Positions 1-11,028 are shown, counted from the first letter of the stretch. The stretch: 54,415 bases of DNA from Sanchytrium tribonematis (GCA_018985235.1 JADGIG010000012.1:1-54415); one strand, 5' to 3'. Made by a program: numbers and translations. Notes: generated by a model not told the origin, from the sequence alone.

Positions 1-1
1 A

Positions 2-1124
2 AAATCCCCAAAAACAGTACCAATACGTAATTTAAAGCAATATCTAAACGCATCTGTACAAAAATATGTTGAGAAGAACGGCTCTAAAATACGAAAACTG
101 TTGAGAATGAATTTATATTCTCACAAGTGCTATAAATGTGGATCAATGCGAAAAAGAAATCAATTAAAGTTTGAAGTGCATGAATCTTGTAAACAATTAG
201 TCTGCAAAACGAACAAGCAGGGCACTATAGGTTGCAATGATTTGAAACTTGTAAACATTACATCTGAAATCAAAGTGTTATCACTGACTGACATTCAGAA
301 ATTGCGACTAGTTCGAGTATTTACAAAATTTAAAGACCTAGTACATGTCAATATCAACGATTTAAGAAATCCTTTGGTTTAAGTGTAAATCTGGAGGCTT
401 GGAAAAATCTTCGCGGTCTAACAAGTTGCAATATGCCTTATTCTGTAGATCCAGACGGATCTCCATTAAGTGAGACAGCCACAATTGCATTGAAATATCT
501 TTCAAGATTTAATATCTATTATCATAGTTTAAGTCCTGATCATGATCTATTTAAAACTGTAGTTGAATACAATAAAAAAGGCCATCGCGTACTTTCAGAT
601 TTTCACGGCAACCTAACCCTTAAAGAAATTAATAATGGTGCTAATAAAACTGCTGGGATTGAGGATTTTGAATTTGATAGACTACAACTAGGTGAATTTG
701 ATTCCGTAAACAAAACAAAATGTTCAGTACAAGATCAACATCTAGCTCCTATATTAATGGGATTAAAGCCAATACAATTTCCGGTAATAAAAGCAATTCA
801 AAATTTAGATTTGATCCCATAGAAACAACAAAAAATGCAAGCAAAAGCTACCAAATTTAATAATAATTTAGAACCGATTCTTTTCTTTTTTTATACCCAG
901 ATGGTGAAAATGGTATGAACAAAAACGAATCTAAGTATGTTAAAGAAGTCATGAAACGTCTGTTACATGAAGATGATCGATTTAGATCTGGCGCAGAATG
1001 GCAAGCATTTCATTTAGATTATTTGGAAAAGAAAAGATTACAATTTCAACAAATAAAACTACCAAAAGATCAGAATTCCCAGATCACAAAACAAATAAAA
1101 CTTGTAGATTCAAAATATGATTAA
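2..1124 (+). mobile_element. Decayed Helitron-like RepHel N-terminal fragment (pseudogene), 5'-truncated by window edge
   Basis: ORFs 101-382, 433-822 and 915-1124 join into one frame across a -1 shift near 360, a TAG at 820-822 and a -1 shift in the T-run 881-892. Joined peptide has CYKCG, IALKYLSRFNIYY and LEPILFF-LYPDGENG...KRLLHEDDRFRSGAEWQAFHL, resembling the AL.WL..NN..Y and FP.LFP.G...RL...D.RF motifs of Helitron proteins. Confidence 0.6.
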
Positions 1125-2503
1125 AAAAGTACCAAATTAACGAAGATTACAGTACTCCCATCCCAACCAATATCCGTGGTGGTTGTCCAAATTTCCTACA
1201 ATTAGATGTAATCTTAAACAGTAGATGAATCTAATAATACTGACTTGCATGAATATATAAATGATTTATAAAAAATAATGCCCATTTGTAGTTATTTCTG
1301 TCGTGGTGGATTTCCAATTTGAATCTATCTTTCTAGAATAGCAGCGAACAAATCTAAGAGAAAATTATCTTTTTTGATACAATCTATCCACCTATAATTA
1401 TCTTCAAAATCTTGCTATCACCATATCTTCTAGAGTAGAATTCGGTGGGAGAAATTGAGAGTTCAGTCCATTAGTATGTATATCCAATAACTAATTTAGA
1501 TGGAAATCAGTCTTTTTTATATCATTGAAAATCACAATGATCTCAGCAAAATTCTCTGTGAAATATTTCCTATTTGCTGTTAAAATTTGACCCAGTTGAG
1601 TTCCAAGGTAAAATTTAAGTTCATCTCAACCTCAGAGTAAAATCAACCAAAGTAGATCCGATGGCATTAAAGGGCAAAACAAGGGGGTCCAATCAAAAAT
1701 AAACATCAAAAAATGGGTCATATTATTTCCCATATTGTAGTTGACAGTGAAGCACTGAAATTTAAAATTTTTTTACATGCGAAAAACATTAGATCAGCAG
1801 GTGTGACTTACAAATTCAAAAGCAAGAACAATCCTACTTAAATTAAAGTATAAATCATCGATGAACTGCTCCTTTGTCCCTAATATCTCTCGTTTTTGAC
1901 TTTTTGATAGAGATGCATAAGGTAGAAAAGGAGTCGAGTGTCTTTATCGATGGAAGTACTTTCTTGTTAGACAGGACAACGTGCTCACCTTACCCTTCAT
2001 AGGAATGCAAGTCACAACCCCACATTAACTATTTTTCTAGGTACAAATTCAATTGGGTCGTATTTTGAAGATGCACAATGTACAAGGTGGTCATATTGTT
2101 ACTAAAGGGTCTAGAAATTATGTTTACTAATAAATTGATTGTCATTTAATTTTGAATGGAATTTCTTTTGTTCATCTCCCACATCTCGAAACCGTGGATA
2201 ATTTTGACGGTCACTTTAGAAAATTTGTTGTGAACTAGTTTTAAAAGTAACTGCCATGTTCATTGAGACATAGATAACACATACCTCAAATTTTTGCTCG
2301 AGATCAAGTATGAGTACAGTTTTGAATTTGGGGCTCAATATTTAGTCAATAAAGTATCTATTGATTTAAAAGTTTTTACTCGAGGTAACTTCATGTGGGA
2401 AATTGTCCAAAAATATATTATCCAAGACACTGAATCGAAAAATTTGAAAATAAATTGTAATAAAACAATTTAGGACATAAAATAAATTTTTTGAAACTTT
2501 TGT

Positions 2504-5500
2504 ATGACTCTTGACAGTGTCAACAGTTTCATCGAACTTCTTGATCATTCTCAGATCACTCAACTTTTCGATTTCTTTGGAATTATTTCCGACAAATCTG
2601 CAGTAAATCTGCAAAAATTTGCGGCATATCATGGACTGACGATCGAGACTCTAAAGCTTGCTCTACAACATAAAAATGTAGCAGTGGGTATAGAGAATCA
2701 TCGGTTGGGCCAAGAATGCAAGTTGCAATACTTTTTAAAGACCGTTGGTGCCAATGAATGTCATTGGAGAGATTCTGACGATAGTCAGATTATTATTTCA
2801 GACGAAATAAAATCCGCGTATTTTCAATCGGTTGAAAGTCCTTACACAATAAGGACCGAAAGCGATTTGATTACATTTCAATTTATGAAATGCGCGATAG
2901 ATTTGAAAATAAAAGAACTTCATGCAAGAGGAAAGAAAAAAGATTTGCTTCATATCATCTATACAATCGTCTTGATGAACTGGGATGGACCAAATATAGT
3001 AATTGTGAGAGATGAAGATTTTCTTAATCGAGATCTGAAAGTGCTGGGTGACTTTGGCACTGCTTTTCGGAAGTACGAAAAGCTGACTTATAACGAGTTT
3101 CGCGCTAAAAATTTGGATCCATTTTTTGTCTCCATGAGTAGTTACATAAAGAAAAACAAAGACGTTGGATTTAAAGTCAAGTGGAAAAATGGAATTACCA
3201 CCAAGGTTAATGTTGAAGATTTGCTTTCTTACAGAATTTCTAGGTTTTGCGAAAAGCATAATTGTAGAGACTTGGAAGAATACAAATTACATATCAAATC
3301 AGAAAGCAATAATCAATCAGAGATAAGCAGCCGAATAGACTCAACTGTTTATAAAATACCGCCAAGTCATATTCTTAACTTTAAAAAGTTAAAACCGGCT
3401 GTGAGCCCTAATTTAAGCTTAGATGTATCGGAAATTGTCTCGAATGCTTCAGACAGAAATGACAAAGACTCTGTATCTTCCAAAGATGAGATTGCTGCCA
3501 TTGACACTCAGAAACCTGCTTTTAATTTATTGGAAATTGGAAGCAAAGCTAATATAGATAATGGTTTGAATAAGGTGAAAAGTGTTTTAGACTTGACTGT
3601 GCCCCGCAAAAGAACTGGTCCCTCAGCTCAATCTTCCCGGGAACCACAAAAGAAAACAAGAGTGGAAAATTCGATAAAACCCTCGAAAGAGTATAAAGAT
3701 CCTCCAAAAGATATAAGTCATATTCTTGTCGATGTTGAAACTGCCACAAAAATTCGTAAAAAAAAGATTCAACCCGAACCTATCAATATTACAAATCCTT
3801 CGGTTAAAAAATTTGGCCTTGACGCGATTTTGAAACCGATAAAAAATCTACCCAAATTACAGGCCGATATATCTGAAAATCCATTGGCCAAATCTAGTGC
3901 GGATTCAGAAGCTTCTAGATCTTTGACAGATATGACAGAAACAGCAAAAAATTTAGGGGGAAATACTACGAGAATCAATGAACAAACCTCTCAACCCCTT
4001 TCAAAAAGTACAGTAACTTCGCCATTAAATGATCCAAATCAAAATAATGTTTCGCTGATTAAAACTTCGCACAAGTCTCTACAGAAGAAGAATTTGCCTT
4101 TACACGATAAATCTGAAAAGTTAGAAAAAAATAATGCAGAAAGTATTGAATGGAAAAAAATTGCGAGTGATCCAATTCAGATTTCCAATCAACCTAAGAA
4201 GTCCCAAAATGTTGGATTTATAGTGATGACTTCGGAAGCACCTACGACATTCCCAATAAATGAAGCGCCAAATTTAAGCATGGAGCCGAGTGATGTGGAA
4301 AAAACAAAAAGTGTGGATGTCGAAAAGGTAGCTTCAAAAATGACAAATCCTACACTTTTGGAAATTAGATGCAGGCTCAATCAGGAAAATAATCACGCTA
4401 GGATCGAGAAAATAAGGTCTCGATTTTCTGATTCGGACAAACAAAAAATAAAAAAGCCCGTACCGGATCCAATAATCAATAAGATCGAGAACTTAGAAAC
4501 TAAAAAAGTACAAAAATCTTACCTCAATAAGACTAACGTAAAGAGTGAAAACTCAGAATCCCTTCATGCCATTGATATTCTTAAAAAGAAAATGGAGGAA
4601 ACCCATCACAATAATAACCCAGCACCTGAAGTTAGGGAATCTAATAGCCCTGAGACTCCTGAATTGGGCGAAGAGTATCTGAAAGTTGCAACGCCTTTGA
4701 CACCAGAAACAGTAGAAGTAAAAGAGGTTCCAGAAATAAGTCTTCCACATTACCAGCAAGTACGAATTTACCTTCAAAAATATAATGAAGAAAAGAACGA
4801 TGTGAAGACCTTTTTTACTACAAATATTTCATTGGATGAATTGTCGAAAATTCCTATTGAATTTCATGAATTGTTTCTCGATTCTATGATTGATACTGGT
4901 GATATTCGAGATTTGAAGCCAATTGTGTCTTTAAAGCTCTCGAGAAAAAAAATTCCTGAAGAATTCTACACTCGATCGGAATTAAAACAAATTGTGGGTG
5001 TACAAGAAAGTTACTTGTTTACGCTTAACCGAGACCACTCCAGCAATTTATTTTATATTAACTTTTTTGAAGCAAACGTTACAAAAAGCGACTTTGTAGA
5101 AGATGTCTACAAGTCCAAGGTGATTGTAGAAGAATATGACATTTACGATGCAAATATCTGGAAACAGGAATATTTGTCGCGAACTGTTTTTTTACCCATA
5201 TATACCAAGCTGATCAGCGCGCATTCTTTGTGTTCTCCAAGACAATTGAGATATGGTCAAGTTTCAGTAATCGGTTTTGGGACAGAATTTGATATTTTGA
5301 GAGAATATTTGAAAGGGTTCCCTTCTTCTGTAACTGGAACGTCGCTGATGATTGTACCAAAATCTGGATTCTTTCAACATTTTGTGCATTTCGCGAATCC
5401 ATTTTTGTTTTCTGATGTTTTTTTATTATTCTATTTGGAACAAATGTGGCACATAGAAGATACCAAGCCTTTGCTATTTTTCCATTCATCATCTGTGGTC

Positions 5501-5710
5501 GAACAATCCAATTTTCGAGTGACTTCTTTTAGTTATCTCGAGGGACACTCGAAATTTTCTGCAGAATATTGTGGAATATATACCGTTTGTCTCTCAAATT
5601 TCGCAAAATGTGCTTACATCGTCACAAATGAAGATTCGGCTATATTTGAGTACAAATATTTTAAGAGAACGAGTATAGAGGATATCCCCATAGAATTTAT
5701 TAATAAATAG
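2504..5710 (+). CDS. Large hypothetical protein (1068 aa): globular N- and C-terminal regions, long K/S/E/N-rich disordered middle
   Basis: Uninterrupted 3.2-kb ORF with AATAAA at the stop; no family recognised. Confidence 0.8.
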   Translation: MTLDSVNSFIELLDHSQITQLFDFFGIISDKSAVNLQKFAAYHGLTIETLKLALQHKNVAVGIENHRLGQECKLQYFLKTVGANECHWRDSDDSQIIISDEIKSAYFQSVESPYTIRTESDLITFQFMKCAIDLKIKELHARGKKKDLLHIIYTIVLMNWDGPNIVIVRDEDFLNRDLKVLGDFGTAFRKYEKLTYNEFRAKNLDPFFVSMSSYIKKNKDVGFKVKWKNGITTKVNVEDLLSYRISRFCEKHNCRDLEEYKLHIKSESNNQSEISSRIDSTVYKIPPSHILNFKKLKPAVSPNLSLDVSEIVSNASDRNDKDSVSSKDEIAAIDTQKPAFNLLEIGSKANIDNGLNKVKSVLDLTVPRKRTGPSAQSSREPQKKTRVENSIKPSKEYKDPPKDISHILVDVETATKIRKKKIQPEPINITNPSVKKFGLDAILKPIKNLPKLQADISENPLAKSSADSEASRSLTDMTETAKNLGGNTTRINEQTSQPLSKSTVTSPLNDPNQNNVSLIKTSHKSLQKKNLPLHDKSEKLEKNNAESIEWKKIASDPIQISNQPKKSQNVGFIVMTSEAPTTFPINEAPNLSMEPSDVEKTKSVDVEKVASKMTNPTLLEIRCRLNQENNHARIEKIRSRFSDSDKQKIKKPVPDPIINKIENLETKKVQKSYLNKTNVKSENSESLHAIDILKKKMEETHHNNNPAPEVRESNSPETPELGEEYLKVATPLTPETVEVKEVPEISLPHYQQVRIYLQKYNEEKNDVKTFFTTNISLDELSKIPIEFHELFLDSMIDTGDIRDLKPIVSLKLSRKKIPEEFYTRSELKQIVGVQESYLFTLNRDHSSNLFYINFFEANVTKSDFVEDVYKSKVIVEEYDIYDANIWKQEYLSRTVFLPIYTKLISAHSLCSPRQLRYGQVSVIGFGTEFDILREYLKGFPSSVTGTSLMIVPKSGFFQHFVHFANPFLFSDVFLLFYLEQMWHIEDTKPLLFFHSSSVVEQSNFRVTSFSYLEGHSKFSAEYCGIYTVCLSNFAKCAYIVTNEDSAIFEYKYFKRTSIEDIPIEFINK

Positions 5711-5716
5711 ATTTGT

Positions 5717-5913
5717 AAGGATGCAGCAACACGTCAGCTAACAGTCCGAACCATCCTACTGTTAATTCGAGGAATATGTCTTGGGTGGGACCATACAAAC
5801 ATGCACTTACAAACCCATGAATGAGAAATATTACTGAGCATACGTAGACTGGTGTAGCCATTGCTCCTTTTGTTTTGTGAGGAATCTATAAATTTCAATG
5901 ACAAATTTTTTAG
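5717..5913 (+). ncRNA. Candidate structured non-coding RNA (identity and strand uncertain)
   Basis: Complementary ends AAGGA(5717)...TCCTT(5865), perfect stem TAACAGT/ACTGTTA (5739-5764), TGGGT/ACCCA (5782/5813), followed by T-runs; relatively GC-rich intergenic block. Confidence 0.3.
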
Positions 5914-6028
5914 TTCGAATATTTTAATCATATCATGCACAGAGCATAATTCATACCTATTTAAAAAAAATTTTAAAATTGCTTGTCAATTATCACTTCA
6001 TATTTTTTGAAATATCTCCCTGTTAAGC

Positions 6029-6788
6029 ATGTTTCGCAATGTTTATGATTCTGACAATTCTACATTTTCTCCACAAGGAAGACTGCACCAGGTAGAGTAT
6101 GCGATGGAGGCCGTCAAACAAGGTAGTATTTGTATTGGTTTAACCGTCAAAACACCCGGTGCCGAAGACGATAACGTTGGAATTTTAATTGCATTAAAAC
6201 GATCATTTGGCCCTCTGTCTTCATATCAGCAGAAAATATTTAAATTAGATAACCATCTTGTAATGGGCATTTCTGGGTTGAGTAGTGATGCAAGATTACT
6301 AGCTAATTTTATGAGAAATGCCTGTCTAAGTCACAGGTAGATTTTTTTAATTTAGAGTAACTTTCACAAGGGAGTTGATGCCTCAAAAACTGATGAATAC
6401 CATGCTTTTGAAAGCACAAGAAAACACGCAAACATATGGCAGAAGACCTTACGGCGTAGGTTGCTTGATTATGGGATACCATAATGATAGTATACAATTG
6501 TATCAGTTTATGCCAAATGCGACTGCTTTTCCATATCATGCAGTTGCCATTGGAAATAGATCACAATCTGCTAGAACCTATTTAGAAAGAAATATGGATT
6601 CCATTAAAGAATGTACTAAAGAAGAGGGAATCACTCATGGCTTAAAAGCTCTACTTTCTGGAGTTGAAAAAATTGATCAAGAATCAGTTTGCATTGCTGT
6701 TGTTACCAAAAATGGAGTAGAACTGCTAGAAGGAGAGAAATTGGCACCTTATTTGGCTCAGGTACAAGACCAGATGCAAGTTGAATAA
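6029..6788 (+). CDS. PRE5: 20S proteasome subunit alpha-6 (PSMA1/PRE5), 2 exons, 246 aa
   Basis: MFRNVYDSDNSTFSPQGRLHQVEYAMEAVKQGS; YGRRPYGVG; AIGNRSQSARTYLER; joined by intron 6337-6355. Confidence 0.96.
6337..6355 (+). other. 19-nt spliceosomal intron (phase 2)
   Basis: GTAGATTTTTTTAATTTAG; removal restores ACLSHR-VTFTRELMPQK. Confidence 0.92.
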
Positions 6789-6818
6789 AAAGTTAAATTT
6801 AAGGAGTAAAATACGGAG

Positions 6819-7592
6819 ATGATTTTTTTTGGTTTAATTTTTACACGAGTTGACCGAGGTATTTACGATCTCGTTGTCAAAAATATAGAGAGCTGTAGAA
6901 ATCTTTGCAGAGATCGCAGATATTGCTACCAATGGGAGACTTTAAAAGATTCACCATTTTGTTACACCTACAGTTTCGTGGAAACATCCACAAGGGATGA
7001 TGTTGCTGACAACGGTACGTTTACAAATAGAATTAATCAAATACCCACGATTGATAATTATTCCGTTTCGTTACAGTTGCCAAACTCTGACTTGCTTCCT
7101 TATTTTAGAAATGGCGAAGAATTCGATAATTTCGACATATCAAATTGCAGAGATACTTGCACGAATGAACCCAAATGCATTGCATTTTCTGGATTGTCGT
7201 TTAATTCTAATTTATGTCAATTCTTTTATAATTTTGAATCAGAAAATGTTACCAACGTTGTTCATTTTGGTCCCAGTTACGTTTATGTTAAAAATGGAGT
7301 GAGTTTAGATTTGCCAAAAACTCATAATGAAAATCAACCAGTGGTAGATGACATGTTTACACCGGGATCGATTGCAGGAATCGTCGTCGCAGGACTCACG
7401 ATTTTGCTCGGTAGTTGCTATGTCTTTTATCGTAGATGTTTGATGGTTCCGAAACTAAGAAGAAATCAAAATAATATTAATTTGGAATATGATCCGCAAC
7501 ACTCCATTCTTCTCCAAGATAAATCCACCACACAAGTTGATCAAGCTGAGTTGGAACGGAGGTATATCCCTAATATCACAGTTATTGAATGA
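6819..7592 (+). CDS. Single-pass membrane protein with two PAN/apple-like Cys modules
   Basis: ESCRNLCRDRRYCYQW and SNCRDTCTNEPKCIAFS (CxxxCxxxxxC pattern); TM GSIAGIVVAGLTILLGSCYVFY followed by RR. Confidence 0.65.
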   Translation: MIFFGLIFTRVDRGIYDLVVKNIESCRNLCRDRRYCYQWETLKDSPFCYTYSFVETSTRDDVADNGTFTNRINQIPTIDNYSVSLQLPNSDLLPYFRNGEEFDNFDISNCRDTCTNEPKCIAFSGLSFNSNLCQFFYNFESENVTNVVHFGPSYVYVKNGVSLDLPKTHNENQPVVDDMFTPGSIAGIVVAGLTILLGSCYVFYRRCLMVPKLRRNQNNINLEYDPQHSILLQDKSTTQVDQAELERRYIPNITVIE

Positions 7593-7607
7593 AGTAATAT
7601 TTATTTC

Positions 7608-9087
7608 TTAACAAACTCCATGAGCTTTGTGACTTTTTTTACCCTTTGATTTTTTTGCAGGGACACTGGGTGTGGGATGTTCTCTGGAGTATCTTTCCTG
7701 AAGAAACCCGACCGAGCTAGACAACGCCTCCACAAATTTTGCAGCTAAATCTTGAGAAAATGATTCCCTCACAACTGTTCTTAAAATATAAATATCTTCA
7801 GCACCGTCCGCTAATTGATAAGCCGGTACAATCCATTGATATTCTCTTAGCTTTCTCTCCAAATCAAAAACAGTAAATCCTTCAATATTTTCCTTCAACT
7901 TAAAAGTAACTAAAGGTGTACCATTGTCACTGCTAATAATTTCAAACATTCCCAACTTTTCGATTTCTTGAGCAAGATAGTCAGCGTTTTGACGACAACT
8001 AGTCATAATCTTTCTGTATCCTTCCTTTCCCAATCGCAACAAATTATAGTATTGGAGAATTGCTTGACTAGAAGACTTTGAGAAATTTAAAGTGTAAGTT
8101 TTTTCAACGCCTCCAAGATAGTGCAAATCGAAAACAAGTTCATCCGGTAGTTTCGAATGATCTCTGAACACAATCCATCCTTAATAAAAAAATATTACCT
8201 GCTCCTGGATACACGAGCCCATATTTATGACCACTCACATTTATAGAATAAACCAGAGGTAATCTAAAGTCCCACTCAAGATCGGGATATAAAAATGGTG
8301 CGATGAATCCTCCCGTTGCTGCATCAACGTGTATGCCAATATTCGTGCCATTTTTTGAATTAAATTTTTCTAAACGATTATTTAAATCTTTAACATCGTC
8401 AAAGTGTCCTGTATAAGTAGAACCAAGTAGAGAAACAACACCAATTGTATTTTCATCACATAATTTGACTAACTCTTCGTTATTACCATCAAATTTCTTA
8501 GGAGAGATTTTTGCGTATCTTGGTTCAACGTCAAAAAACTCTGCAAATTTCTTCCAAACAACCTGTACAGTACTTGCCATAACAATATTGGGATGATAAT
8601 GGTCTTTTCCTTTGGACTTTCTCTCCCGTTGCCATAGTTTTTTCATTGCTAAAGCACCTAGTATACATGCCTCAGAAGATCCTACGCAAAAAGTCCCATT
8701 TGAACTTCCATTGCATTCGGGTGCATTCCATAATTTTGCCAGCATAGCAACGCATCGCTCCTCTATTTCAGCAGTTTGAGTGTAGCAACTCATGTCCGCG
8801 TAGTTTTTACTTGATGTTTCCAACAATAATTGGTTTGCTTCAGGTTCCATCCAATTAGTCACAAAAGTCGCTAGATTTAATGAGGGATTTGCGTCCAATG
8901 CTAACTCATCGTGAATAATTTGGTAAACACATCGTGCATCTGAAGAATTTTCAGGCATCTCATATTTCGGCAAAGTTTGTTCCATATATCTACCAGTATA
9001 TGCGAAAGTATGCATATTAGAAGACTTGGCTCTTCTTGATGATCTTGAATTTTCTTTTGAAGTATCTGTAGTACCGTGAACTGTCAT
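7608..9087 (-). CDS. GAD1: Glutamate decarboxylase (PLP-dependent), 2 exons, ~486 aa
   Basis: NLATFVTNWMEPEA, VGSSEA, HVDAATGGF, SGHKYGLVYPGAG|WIVFR; joined by intron 8180-8198. Confidence 0.95.
8180..8198 (-). other. 19-nt spliceosomal intron (phase 1)
   Basis: GTAATATTTTTTTATTAAG; removal restores YPGAGWIVFRD. Confidence 0.93.
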
Positions 9088-9271
9088 GTTAAGTTTCAAG
9101 GTTATCCATCCAAATGTTATAACGAAATTAGATCGACACGTTTCGATTTAGTTTCAGTATTATTTCACAGTTGTAGTAAATTAAACGCCGGATAGTGTGC
9201 TCTCTGCGGGACAATGTCATACTATTAGTCTTGTGCAATTTATTTGCTCGTATACTTATTTTAAGAATAAT

Positions 9272-9667
9272 TTATTTTGGGGTATTCGGTTTTATAACTT
9301 GTATTCTACCCTTTGGAACGTACTGAAATTCGTCATGGCGACCATCTCTAACGGCCGATATTTGAAAATTAACACGCGGAAAAAATAATATAAATCCCTT
9401 TTCTAGCTGAGATATTCTACCAGTATTTCTGATTCCAACTTGGGTTTTGCATCTTCTACAATGTATGTTATCATTGGGGTCCAAATTGACAGACTGTAAC
9501 GCCATTCCCACGAAAATGGCATTATTTTCATTAAATTCTAAAAACATTGTAGAATCTGCTATCACAACACCACAATTTTTACATTGAGCAATAAATACTT
9601 GGTCTTTCATTTCTAATTGTGTCTCAGGATGATGACCTTCAGATTCGTTTGTTTCCACTTTAATCAT
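9272..9667 (-). CDS. Yippee/Mis18-like zinc-binding protein
   Basis: QCKNCGVVIADS...IHCRRCKTQVG, two CxxC pairs with Mis18/Yippee-like spacing. Confidence 0.6.
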   Translation of the reverse strand: MIKVETNESEGHHPETQLEMKDQVFIAQCKNCGVVIADSTMFLEFNENNAIFVGMALQSVNLDPNDNIHCRRCKTQVGIRNTGRISQLEKGFILFFPRVNFQISAVRDGRHDEFQYVPKGRIQVIKPNTPK

Positions 9668-9733
9668 GTAATGAGTTTGGAATGCAAGGGATGTTTCTTA
9701 TTTTTCATAGGTACAAAAGAATTATTACATTTG

Positions 9734-9991
9734 TCAATCCAAAGTGGTATCTTTATTATTAATTACTTGATTTATAGCTTGCAAGTCGTTTAAAAGTAAG
9801 CTCTTTTTCATTTGAGCATTCATGGCCATCAACGCCTCTGAACTTTTCATAATTGATTGTATTCTAGAACTGATAATCAAGCCATCGAGATAACTTTGTT
9901 CAACTGTCTTATTTCCAATTTTGGAATTTTGCAACACCTCATATATTGCCAATTCAATTGTTTCCAATTCTTTTTCAACTTGATCTCGCAT
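9734..9991 (-). CDS. MED22: Mediator subunit 22-like
   Basis: SIMKSSEALMAMNAQMKKSLLLNDLQAIN resembles the Med22/SURF5 C-terminal motif. Confidence 0.6.
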   Translation of the reverse strand: MRDQVEKELETIELAIYEVLQNSKIGNKTVEQSYLDGLIISSRIQSIMKSSEALMAMNAQMKKSLLLNDLQAINQVINNKDTTLD

Positions 9992-9998
9992 AAAATGT

Positions 9999-10006
9999 CA
10001 AGGAGA
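9999..10006. promoter_or_regulatory. CAAGGAGA element in the 26-nt gap between divergent ATGs (example of a recurrent start-proximal motif)
   Basis: Same motif recurs near many start codons in either orientation (see findings). Confidence 0.5.
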
Positions 10007-10017
10007 AAATTTTGTAC

Positions 10018-11028
10018 ATGACTACCTATGTGAGCTCTAGAGAGGGCTACAGAGGCGTTTATATGAAGAAGTCAAGCAAAAATATTATGTTTGTTCCTGA
10101 TAAAGATATCCTAAGCCCATCGAAAATTAAAAAATGGCTTTCTTGTTGCGATCTAGAGCAATTGCCAGATATGGAAACCTTGACAATGGCTTTGATTTGT
10201 TCCAAGGACATGCCACTTTTGAGTTACTTTGATGAACTACCTTGGGAACAAGACATGTTATTATATCACAAATTAGATCTTCCACCTCATTTTCAAGATT
10301 TATTAAACTTACAAAAGCAATTTATTAAATCAATCTACTCAAAACTCTTAAAGTCTGCATGCAATTCTCATATACAATTGCTGAAAGACAAGACTTTATT
10401 TCTAAATGCCTTTGTTATGATGAATACTAGGTGCGTTGCGGTACAGAATGAGGTTTTATTAATGAAAGGCTTTGACATGCTAAATCATAATACAAAATCA
10501 ACAGTTGAACTTGACGTAGTAGATGGTGGAATAGAATTACGAAGTTCCGTAGAAATAGCAAAAGATGAACAAGTATTTTTAAATTATGGGCCTCATGATA
10601 ATTTATTTTTACTCGTAGAATACGGCTTTGTGCTTGATAATAATGAAAATGATCTAATTAATGTCACTCATTACCTCTTGCCACTACTTACCAAGTCGCA
10701 AAAAATCTTATTAAAGGACAATCATTTCTTGGGAGACTATTGTGTGGGGCACTCTGGCTTTGATTTTAGGTCTAGAGTTGCATTACATGTGTTGGAACAT
10801 AACACATTTACGTTTGAAGTGCTAGAATCATACCCTAATTTAATGATCAAGATTTTAGATTGCGCAATTCAAGACTATAAAAATATGCAATTCGGTTTGA
10901 GCTATTCATCTTATATTGAACTTCAAAAACTAAAATCAATCCATATGGAAATTTTAAAGTACTGGAAGGCCTATTTATTAAATGACTTACCAATGCATTT
11001 GACTTCAAATCCTAATTCTTGTAGATGA
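10018..11028 (+). CDS. SET-domain protein lysine methyltransferase (RKM/SETD4-like)
   Basis: GYRGVY, FDMLNH, EQVFLNYGPHDNLFLLVEYGF. Confidence 0.88.
   Translation: MTTYVSSREGYRGVYMKKSSKNIMFVPDKDILSPSKIKKWLSCCDLEQLPDMETLTMALICSKDMPLLSYFDELPWEQDMLLYHKLDLPPHFQDLLNLQKQFIKSIYSKLLKSACNSHIQLLKDKTLFLNAFVMMNTRCVAVQNEVLLMKGFDMLNHNTKSTVELDVVDGGIELRSSVEIAKDEQVFLNYGPHDNLFLLVEYGFVLDNNENDLINVTHYLLPLLTKSQKILLKDNHFLGDYCVGHSGFDFRSRVALHVLEHNTFTFEVLESYPNLMIKILDCAIQDYKNMQFGLSYSSYIELQKLKSIHMEILKYWKAYLLNDLPMHLTSNPNSCR

Noticed and set aside
2295..2340. AGATCAAGT resembling the U2 snRNA 5' region
   Set aside because: No GTGTAGTA branch-pairing sequence or preceding GGCCTTTTGGCT stem
5734..5940. 68-aa minus ORF with WSHPR resembling ribosomal protein S29
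   Set aside because: Lacks the following G.GSR.C..C and second CxxC zinc ligands
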